Assembly (NCBI GenBank): GCA_964404855.1
Contig: CAYOLO010000002.1
Span: 67,494-131,493, forward strand
From: an uncultured Gammaproteobacteria bacterium
GTDB taxonomy: Bacteria > Patescibacteriota > Microgenomatia > CAYQLK01
DNA length: 64,000 nt
Direction: 5' to 3'
Shown here piece by piece: positions 29,356-36,079 of the stretch. Each line of letters starts with the position of its first letter. The first letter of the stretch is position 1. The notes under the pieces are model-generated. The model made no database searches and was not told the DNA's origin. It saw only the letters and a program-made list of their open reading frames with translations. The position numbers and the translations under genes are program-made.

Positions 29356-29613
29356 ATGGCAAAGCAAGCAGTCAGTAAGCCTTCGGCTAAAGCTGAAGCA
29401 TATAGCGACAAGAATTTTTTGGTCGCCGTTTTATTATCAGTACTTGTTGGTGGTTTAGGTGTAGACCGTTTTTATCTAGGATATATCGGACTTGGAATCC
29501 TTAAACTCATTACGCTTGGCGGTTGCGGGGTATGGACGATAATTGATGTAATTCTAATCGTAACAGGCAACCTACCAGATGCCGAGGGTAAAAAACTTAA
29601 CCCAAAAGCCTAA
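29356..29613 (+). CDS. TM2-domain membrane protein
   Basis: [21 protein letters not shown]2 signature. Confidence 0.7.
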   Translation: MAKQAVSKPSAKAEAYSDKNFLVAVLLSVLVGGLGVDRFYLGYIGLGILKLITLGGCGVWTIIDVILIVTGNLPDAEGKKLNPKA

Positions 29614-29929
29614 AAATTCTCATTGGCAATTTGCCAAAGAAACAACAAGCCTTTCCACATCTCGTGGGAGGCTTGTTGCTTTTGGTGTAGTAATTTTCAC
29701 TCTATTTATAGTGCCCACGGAGAAACTGCATTATTTACCTATTAAGTCTGTTTATGAATCAGTGTTTGGATGGGTACCTTATTCTAGCGGTATGACACGA
29801 GGCGTCTCTTCAATTCTGCATGGCAAAATAGATAACGCTTGGGAGTTTAATCCTTTGTCTTTTTTAGTAATGGGAGTGGTTCTGGGTATAACTGTGAACG
29901 ATTTTTTTAAACTAAAGCGTCAATCTTGA
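29579..29929 (+). CDS. Hypothetical membrane protein (DUF2752-like; often partnered with TM2 proteins)
   Basis: Overlaps TM2 gene by 35 nt; two hydrophobic segments. Confidence 0.4.
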   Translation: MPRVKNLTQKPKNSHWQFAKETTSLSTSRGRLVAFGVVIFTLFIVPTEKLHYLPIKSVYESVFGWVPYSSGMTRGVSSILHGKIDNAWEFNPLSFLVMGVVLGITVNDFFKLKRQS

Positions 29930-30236
29930 AAGCTATAACAAAATCATTTGTTGAGAGTCCGCCAATCGCGTGAGTTGAAAGAGTTACTTTTACTTGATTA
30001 TAGTTGTGAATAAAAATGTCCGGGTGATGACCTTCTTTTTCTGCAATTTCTGCTATTTTGTTGACAAAAACCAAAGCTTTTGAAAAGTCTTTGAATTTAA
30101 AATTTTTTGAGATTTTTTTGTTATCTATTACTTGCCAAGTTTTTACTTTTTTAAGATATTGCTCAAATTCATGGGATGTAAGAGGATACATCCCTCCTTC
30201 ACAAGGCACGCACTTAAGTGAAGATAGTTGAGCCAT
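29907..30236 (-). CDS. Pterin-4a-carbinolamine dehydratase (PCD/DCoH)
   Basis: EGHHPDIFIHNYNQVKVTLSTHAIGGLS motif. Confidence 0.85.
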   Translation of the reverse strand: MAQLSSLKCVPCEGGMYPLTSHEFEQYLKKVKTWQVIDNKKISKNFKFKDFSKALVFVNKIAEIAEKEGHHPDIFIHNYNQVKVTLSTHAIGGLSTNDFVIAFKIDALV

Positions 30237-30239
30237 TAT

Positions 30240-30764
30240 TTAATTGCCGAACTTGCTATTTTGCTTGATTAGTCTTGCGGTGTAAACAATTGTGCGAACT
30301 TCACCATCTTCACCTTCAATTTCATTAAGACCAGACAACTGCTGAAATTGGGTTAAATAATCGGACATTTTTTCCTTAAGCTCTTTTATCTCTGACCTTT
30401 TACTTTGAACTTTAAGACTAAGATCGGCAACATCAGGTTTTTTGAGAATTTCTTTTTTGGCGGCAAGTTTGTCTTTTGCAGCCGCTTTGGCGTTGTCGTC
30501 AAATTCTCTGTAGATAGGATCAGACTCAAAAGCGCTTTTTAGCATATCTGCTTCTTCTTTTAGCTCGTTTTTGAGCATCTCCATTCTAGAAATAACATTT
30601 TTCAACATTGACTCTACAGCCATTAAGGTTTGGACGTCACCGGCTGGAATTGCAGGACTAACTACCTGAGCGGAAGGCTGTGGGCTAGCAATCTCGTTTG
30701 TAACGATTTCTTCTACAGGGGGGTTATTAAAGTCGGGCTCGACCGGTAAAGGTTTATCACTCAT
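30240..30764 (-). CDS. Hypothetical coiled-coil protein
   Basis: Heptad-rich K/E sequence; no domain recognized. Confidence 0.4.
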   Translation of the reverse strand: MSDKPLPVEPDFNNPPVEEIVTNEIASPQPSAQVVSPAIPAGDVQTLMAVESMLKNVISRMEMLKNELKEEADMLKSAFESDPIYREFDDNAKAAAKDKLAAKKEILKKPDVADLSLKVQSKRSEIKELKEKMSDYLTQFQQLSGLNEIEGEDGEVRTIVYTARLIKQNSKFGN

Positions 30765-30811
30765 AAATATCTACTATATATGAAGTTATCAATAAAAATA
30801 AAGGCGGAGAT

Positions 30812-31156
30812 TTATTTGTGAGCTTGTCGATTTCTTATTTCTATATGCGTTTCAATTATGGCTAGATTTTTGGAATTGGATCTATAAAAAAGGTCACTAA
30901 TATCGCCTACGATTGGAACAAGGCCGATTAAAAAGTCAGAGATAATATTAAAGATGATAAGTAGAATTCTGTGATAGGGAAGTCGCTCGTGTAGAGCAAT
31001 GTAGAGCAGATAAAGAGACAAGCAAAAAGCGACCGCGTCCCCTGCCCATGGAATAAGTCCGATTAAGAAGTCGACACCAAACTTAACACCAAAAATACTG
31101 TATTGGTTTTCAAGAATATTGGTCAAGATTCGCGCGTTTTCAATGTGACTTGTCAT
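30812..31156 (-). CDS. Small membrane protein (DUF4112-like)
   Basis: GLIPWAGDAVAF and GLVPIVGDISD repeated motif typical of DUF4112. Confidence 0.45.
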   Translation of the reverse strand: MTSHIENARILTNILENQYSIFGVKFGVDFLIGLIPWAGDAVAFCLSLYLLYIALHERLPYHRILLIIFNIISDFLIGLVPIVGDISDLFYRSNSKNLAIIETHIEIRNRQAHK

Positions 31157-31184
31157 ACAATAAATTATATAAGCAAAATTAATT

Positions 31185-31766
31185 ATGACAGGACGAACCC
31201 ATGACTTGGCGGCGTTTACAGGACTTAGTATTTATTTTGTAATTTTTCCTTTAGTTAATATGTCGCTGGCTACATTAATAACTGTACTTGCTGCGAACTT
31301 TATCGGCGGACTTTTTCCAGACATTGATCAATCAACAGGAACTCTTTGGCGCAGATTAAGGGGTGGAAGTTTTTTGGGCAAACTTATTTCCCCACTGCTT
31401 GGCGGACACAGGTTATTTACCCATTCGATTGTCGGTCTAGTAGCTACAGGATATTTGCTGAAATGGTTTTTGGAAATACTTCACACTGTACTTCTGGTCG
31501 ACATGAATGTAGTTTGGTGGGCTTTTATGATTGGTTTTGTGACACATTTGTTTATGGATATGCTGACTAGAGACGGAGTGCCGTTATTATTCCCAATACC
31601 AGTTAAATTCGGTATTCCACCCATTAAAACGATTCGGCCAAAAACGGGAGGGTTTTTTGAAAAGGTAATAATGTTCCCATCCTTATTGGGAATAAATGCA
31701 TTTTTAGTCTATACAAACTACGAAAAGTTTTTAACTTTTCTGAAATTGTTTGTGACATTTAAATAA
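31185..31766 (+). CDS. Membrane-bound metal-dependent hydrolase (YdjM/DUF457 family)
   Basis: His-rich TM protein HRLFTHSIVG ... THLFMD. Confidence 0.55.
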   Translation: MTGRTHDLAAFTGLSIYFVIFPLVNMSLATLITVLAANFIGGLFPDIDQSTGTLWRRLRGGSFLGKLISPLLGGHRLFTHSIVGLVATGYLLKWFLEILHTVLLVDMNVVWWAFMIGFVTHLFMDMLTRDGVPLLFPIPVKFGIPPIKTIRPKTGGFFEKVIMFPSLLGINAFLVYTNYEKFLTFLKLFVTFK

Positions 31767-31767
31767 A

Positions 31768-33516
31768 TTACTCAAGAGTAAAAAAATCTTCCACATCTTG
31801 ACCTGAGTCTATTTTTCGCCTTTGTATTTGACCATCCTTACCCACCACAATTATATAATCTACTCCCAGATCTTTTAAAAACATCTCATCGTGCGTGATT
31901 GTCATAACTGCACCAGAATATCTTTTAAGTGCGTCTTCTAGTGTTTCAATCGTATAGATATCAAGATGGTTAGTTGGTTCGTCTAGCACTAGCAGATCTG
32001 GATTGGAAACAAAGAGCGCGACAAGTTCTATCCGGCGAAGCTCGCCAAAACTAAAATCTCCCACTTTCTTATGTGCAGAATCATCAAGCAGCATTCGCGA
32101 CAATGCTTTGTATGCGTCCTCTACGGATACAACCGCCTTGCGACGAATATAATCAATAATATTTTGATCCATTTTTGGTTTATCAGCAGTTTGAGATAAA
32201 TAACCAATTTTTAGTCCGGGTGGAATATCTACCTTGCCTTTGGTCGGAAGCAAGGAGCCGGTAATTACCTTAAGTAGGGTACTTTTACCGGCACCATTGG
32301 CTCCAACAATACCGATTCGTTCTCCACCATGGACAACCAAATCTACGTTAGTAAATATGTCTGAACCATTATGGGGATACCCAAAAGAAATATCTTTCGC
32401 ATTTAGCAGCACACCTGATTTAATTTGAGGCTCCTTCACCTCGAAGGATGGTTTTTTAGGAAGTACTGGCTCGGGTATATCAGATAACTCTCTTTCAATT
32501 CGCACCAGTTGTGATTTTGCTCTTTTGGCTAAAGCACCGCCTTTTGATCGGTAGAACGAATCGTTTGAAATGCCTTCAAATCTTTGTGCCTCTTGTTTTA
32601 GTTGTTTTACAGAATCTTCCAATTGTTTACGTTTTTTCATTTGTTCGTCATAAAGCCTCATTTGAGCTTCAAACATCTCCTGTTTTTTTTGTCGATAAAA
32701 GGTGTAATTTCCACCGAATTTGATTAGTTTTTTTGTTGCTTCGTCGATTTCGATTATTTGAGTTACAGTTTCATCCAGAAACTCACGATCGTGAGAGACA
32801 AGTAATAGAGAGGTGTTTGTTTGTTTAACCCAATCTTCTAGAAACTTCACGCTTTGCGGATCAAGGTTGTTTGTTGGCTCGTCTAATAGAATTAGATTAG
32901 GTGATGAAACGAGTATTCCAGCAAGGGAAACCTTGGTCGCTTCCCCACCACTGATTTCTGTCATATCTCTATCAAGATAATCGGGGGTCAGACCTAAACC
33001 TTTTAAAATTATTTCTCTTTTGCGAGCAAAATCCCACGCATCATATTTGGTCATATCCTCGAGCGCTTTGCCATAGTCGTCCATCAGCTGATCATCGGTT
33101 TTGCCAGCAGCCATCCGTGCGGTCAGCTGGTCATAAGTCTCGATTACTTTGGCCACTTGATCGGCACAACTATCCAAATATTGTTTAACACTACCGTCAA
33201 ATGTAACCTGAATATCCTGATTTAAATATCCAACAGAGGCTTGTGATAAAACAATGTCCCCTTTAACATCTAAATGTTCAGGTGGCGGATTACCATCTGC
33301 AACAGTCGATATCAAATCTAAAATAGATGTTTTACCGCTTCCGTTGCGACCAATTAGTGCAAGTCGCTCTGAAGGTCCAATAGTAAAGTTACCATCAACA
33401 ACCAGCTCTTTCGCTCCAATTCCTAAGTTGAGACCGGTCACAACAAGTCTTGCATTTTCTGTTATTTTTTCTTCCATCCTTACCTCCGGATTAACTCTTA
33501 ATTTTTCATTTCCCAT
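31768..33516 (-). CDS. ABC-F family ATPase (two ABC cassettes with ~80-aa charged linker, no TM domain)
   Basis: Walker A GRNGSGKTS and GANGAGKST; signatures LSGGE-like (ISGGEATKV, FSFGELRRI); start codon 1 nt after sagB-like stop. Confidence 0.85.
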   Translation of the reverse strand: MGNEKLRVNPEVRMEEKITENARLVVTGLNLGIGAKELVVDGNFTIGPSERLALIGRNGSGKTSILDLISTVADGNPPPEHLDVKGDIVLSQASVGYLNQDIQVTFDGSVKQYLDSCADQVAKVIETYDQLTARMAAGKTDDQLMDDYGKALEDMTKYDAWDFARKREIILKGLGLTPDYLDRDMTEISGGEATKVSLAGILVSSPNLILLDEPTNNLDPQSVKFLEDWVKQTNTSLLLVSHDREFLDETVTQIIEIDEATKKLIKFGGNYTFYRQKKQEMFEAQMRLYDEQMKKRKQLEDSVKQLKQEAQRFEGISNDSFYRSKGGALAKRAKSQLVRIERELSDIPEPVLPKKPSFEVKEPQIKSGVLLNAKDISFGYPHNGSDIFTNVDLVVHGGERIGIVGANGAGKSTLLKVITGSLLPTKGKVDIPPGLKIGYLSQTADKPKMDQNIIDYIRRKAVVSVEDAYKALSRMLLDDSAHKKVGDFSFGELRRIELVALFVSNPDLLVLDEPTNHLDIYTIETLEDALKRYSGAVMTITHDEMFLKDLGVDYIIVVGKDGQIQRRKIDSGQDVEDFFTLE

Positions 33517-33517
33517 A

Positions 33518-34231
33518 TTAACCTATAGCAATTGAATATATAGCTTTTTCGTTTGTTCTGTCAATTCGAAGCAGTTTGTTGAGCTTGTCTTCATAAAAAC
33601 CGCCAATTGGACAAGTTCGAACTTTATATTTTTCCGCGATTAATAATATATTTTGAGCCAAATGGCCCGCTTCTATAAAAATATATCTTAATGATTTGTC
33701 TCCGTATTTAATTGCACTTCTTCCTGGAACAGCGGTGATAACCAAAAAAACTGAAGAGTTTGCGACCCAGCTATCTACGAGCGACTGTTTTAAATCTGAT
33801 TTAAAATCTTTTAGTTGGAGTATTTCTAGCGTGTTGTTTTCAATCGAGTAATGATACAAGCCTTTTTTTAAACCTTTAACATTGTTTATAAAAATATAAA
33901 TTTCTAATGGATACCTTGCACCACCAGATGGATACGCACGATAGCTGCGACCGTCGACAGTTGCAGCAAAATTTGCAAAATAAATAATTTTTTTAAGCCT
34001 AATAGCTGATATGAGACGATTGATATTCCTTTGGCTTCTTCTACTGGCAATAACTTTTTCTAGTTCTGATGAGGGCTTGAGTGCTGGGAGTTTAAGATTG
34101 GGAAACCTTGGATAGTTTTTGTAATGAATTGTTTTCCAGGCAATCGGCCACTTATCGTACGGAATTGGTTCTGGAGCAGTGTCCGACTGTGTTCCAGTTT
34201 CGATAAAAAATTTGTTTATATAATCTTTCAT
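33518..34231 (-). CDS. SagB-type FMN-dependent dehydrogenase (TOMM/LAP azoline oxidase, nitroreductase superfamily)
   Basis: RAYPSGGARYPLEIY signature; 237 aa; 4-nt overlap with YcaO gene. Confidence 0.8.
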   Translation of the reverse strand: MKDYINKFFIETGTQSDTAPEPIPYDKWPIAWKTIHYKNYPRFPNLKLPALKPSSELEKVIASRRSQRNINRLISAIRLKKIIYFANFAATVDGRSYRAYPSGGARYPLEIYIFINNVKGLKKGLYHYSIENNTLEILQLKDFKSDLKQSLVDSWVANSSVFLVITAVPGRSAIKYGDKSLRYIFIEAGHLAQNILLIAEKYKVRTCPIGGFYEDKLNKLLRIDRTNEKAIYSIAIG

Positions 34232-35520
34232 AGGAATGGTTGTAGAAATGGATCTAGGTTTTTGATTTGTCGTTTGGCGATTTTTTCAATGCGGCTGACT
34301 TCAAGATATTTATATTCCTCTTCTAAATATAATGGCTGGGCCTGGGGAATAATGATTTTACAAGCAAAAAATCCTAATTTTTTAATTTCTGGGTCATCAA
34401 ATTCTTTTAAATAAACATCAAACCCGATTTTTTTAAGCTGAGAAGTTAGTTTCTTTAATGTGGTTTTTGGATAACTTGACTTAAGCGAAAGTCTGATTGT
34501 TTTTTTATTTTTTAACCAAAAATTAATGTGTTTAAGAACGAACGGTTGACTCCAAATTAGTCCTCGGTCTTTCAGCTCGTATGTCTGATTAATGTTTTTT
34601 AGCAATGATTGGATATATTTTTCATCAGATTTTGCTAGCTCGTCACGCATCCAACCCCGAGTATGAAATGATTCCTCAAGACTGCCTTGAACAGCACGAT
34701 TTAAATCTGTGTGGCATTTCAGACCAAAAGTGACAACAGGTTTATTTTTTGTCTGATCAAGGAGAATTGTCAAAATTACTGGAATATCATAGTCATTGTC
34801 TAATTTAATTATTATTGGTTTGAGATTGTAAAAATTGAATTCATCCAAAATATCAGCAATAATACCCGATGGATTTGTTAGCTTAAGAATTGTACCTGGC
34901 AATTTAGCAAGATAAGAGGATATAAATGTGTCTCTTTCTAAGACTTCAAATATTGCTCGAATAATCGTTGAGTTTCTATCAAGACCTGCGGATGCGCCGG
35001 TTGATATTGGTGTGCGGATAATTTTTTCTTTTTTTCCAAATGGACAATATACTGTTTGAGCAGGAATATATATCGTTTTGTTTGTAGTCAAATCTGTCGC
35101 TTTGGTCCAGTAAAGCGAATCTTGAGGCTGTGCAATCTTTTTTCGAAAGATTGGGTTGGATAATTGTTCAGGTGAGAATTTTAGAAATTTTATTAACTCG
35201 ATTGAGGGGGATAGATTTTTTTGGGAAGCAAATATTAAATCTTTTAAATCTTTTTTTGATGGAATCAAAGCATATCTTTCTACCATTTCGATGTAACCTT
35301 TTATAAAAGCAAGTCTCTCATCCCACGCAGATCCGCTTGCATTGGTACTGAATTTTTTTGACGAGTTTTTACTGTTCAATATGAACGTATACAATTTAGG
35401 TTCATCGTTATAAAAATAACTTCGATGTACCGTCGATATAAAATTTGTTTTTTTGTGGGCAGACACACATTTCTGATATAGCAATTCTAGATTGCTTTCT
35501 ATCGATTTTTTGTTTGACAT
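34228..35520 (-). CDS. YcaO-domain cyclodehydratase (SagD/D-protein-like), standalone (no fused E1-like domain)
   Basis: N-terminal ATP-site motif NASGSAWDERLAFIKGYIEMVERYA and central STGASAGLDRNSTIIRAIFEVLERD (S.G.A.G...A..E..ERD). Confidence 0.85.
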   Translation of the reverse strand: MSNKKSIESNLELLYQKCVSAHKKTNFISTVHRSYFYNDEPKLYTFILNSKNSSKKFSTNASGSAWDERLAFIKGYIEMVERYALIPSKKDLKDLIFASQKNLSPSIELIKFLKFSPEQLSNPIFRKKIAQPQDSLYWTKATDLTTNKTIYIPAQTVYCPFGKKEKIIRTPISTGASAGLDRNSTIIRAIFEVLERDTFISSYLAKLPGTILKLTNPSGIIADILDEFNFYNLKPIIIKLDNDYDIPVILTILLDQTKNKPVVTFGLKCHTDLNRAVQGSLEESFHTRGWMRDELAKSDEKYIQSLLKNINQTYELKDRGLIWSQPFVLKHINFWLKNKKTIRLSLKSSYPKTTLKKLTSQLKKIGFDVYLKEFDDPEIKKLGFFACKIIIPQAQPLYLEEEYKYLEVSRIEKIAKRQIKNLDPFLQPFL

Positions 35521-35540
35521 AAATGCTTTTCTTTTTATTT

Positions 35541-35554
35541 GTGTGAGCTCACAC
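35541..35554. promoter_or_regulatory. Perfect 14-bp palindrome GTGTGAGCTCACAC between precursor gene and ycaO
   Basis: Seen directly; 13 nt downstream of precursor A1 stop on minus strand; no U-tract after it in mRNA sense. Confidence 0.35.
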
Positions 35555-35584
35555 TAGCTTTCTTAACCTAAATTAAGATCACTA

Positions 35585-35728
35585 TTATCTACCGGAATTT
35601 GAGCCTGTGTGTCCACATGAGCCCTGCGCAGAAGCACTACTGGTAGCATTTGCTATTTCTTCCTTTGATAATTCAACCTCTGAAATAACTTCGTCGTATT
35701 CCTTGGCGTTAATGTTAGTATTGTTCAC
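35585..35728 (-). CDS. Candidate RiPP precursor peptide A1 (47 aa; absent from ORF track)
   Basis: Minus-strand GTG at plus 35726-35728 preceded by AAAGGAGGTGA SD; in-frame TGA inside the SD blocks upstream extension; product MNNTNINAKEYDEVISEVELSKEEIANATSSASAQGSCGHTGSNSGR, with a Ser/Cys/Thr/Gly-rich core. Confidence 0.55.
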   Translation of the reverse strand: MNNTNINAKEYDEVISEVELSKEEIANATSSASAQGSCGHTGSNSGR

Positions 35729-35760
35729 TTTTTTCTTTCACCTCCTTTCAAATATTGATT

Positions 35761-36012
35761 TTATCTACAGTTTCCATGACAACCACTATGGGAACAAGCT
35801 GAACAATTTGAAGAGTTTGAGCTTGCGCTGGTTGAGAAATTTGCATAGCTGTCTTTAACAATTATCTTCAGTTCCAACAAACTAAACGGCTCGTACTCTT
35901 TAAAATTTTTAATTCTTTCTGGGTAATTTTGATCAAAAAAAACCCGAGCAATTGCTCGGGAACTCGCTGCTTTTTTATTATTTAACAAACACAACCGAAG
36001 TTTGTTTTTCAT
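35761..36012 (-). CDS. Candidate RiPP precursor peptide A2 (paralog of A1; N-terminal extent uncertain)
   Basis: C-terminus ...KEYEPFSLLELKIIVKDSYANFSTSASSNSSNCSACSHSGCHGNCR aligns with A1 (KEY...EL.K....AN. then TSAS...SC.H.G...R). ATG at 36010-36012 is 6 nt from a promoter -10 (leaderless). An intrinsic terminator lies inside the first 75 nt. Confidence 0.4.
   Translation of the reverse strand: MKNKLRLCLLNNKKAASSRAIARVFFDQNYPERIKNFKEYEPFSLLELKIIVKDSYANFSTSASSNSSNCSACSHSGCHGNCR
35935..35960 (-). terminator. Intrinsic terminator/attenuator hairpin inside the 5' part of the A2 ORF
   Basis: Perfect CCCGAGCAA/TTGCTCGGG stem (plus 35943-35960) followed on the minus-strand RNA by U8 (plus A8 at 35935-35942). 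Could also terminate the upstream pilin/repeat-protein operon. Confidence 0.55.
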
Positions 36013-36024
36013 TATTGTAGTGGG

Positions 36025-36052
36025 ATTGTAACAAATTTGTGATAAAAGTCAA
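36025..36052 (-). promoter_or_regulatory. Sigma70-like promoter TTGACT-16-TACAAT upstream of the RiPP-like operon
   Basis: Minus-strand -35 TTGACT (plus 36047-36052), 16-nt spacer, -10 TACAAT (plus 36025-36030). Confidence 0.4.
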
Positions 36053-36079
36053 GATTATTTATTTCTTCGATACTTAATT

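Noticed and set aside
35607-35858. Plus-strand 83-aa ORF from the supplied track
   Set aside because: It is antisense to the SD-preceded precursor ORF and to the operon orientation, with no RBS and a low-complexity product, so it is likely spurious.
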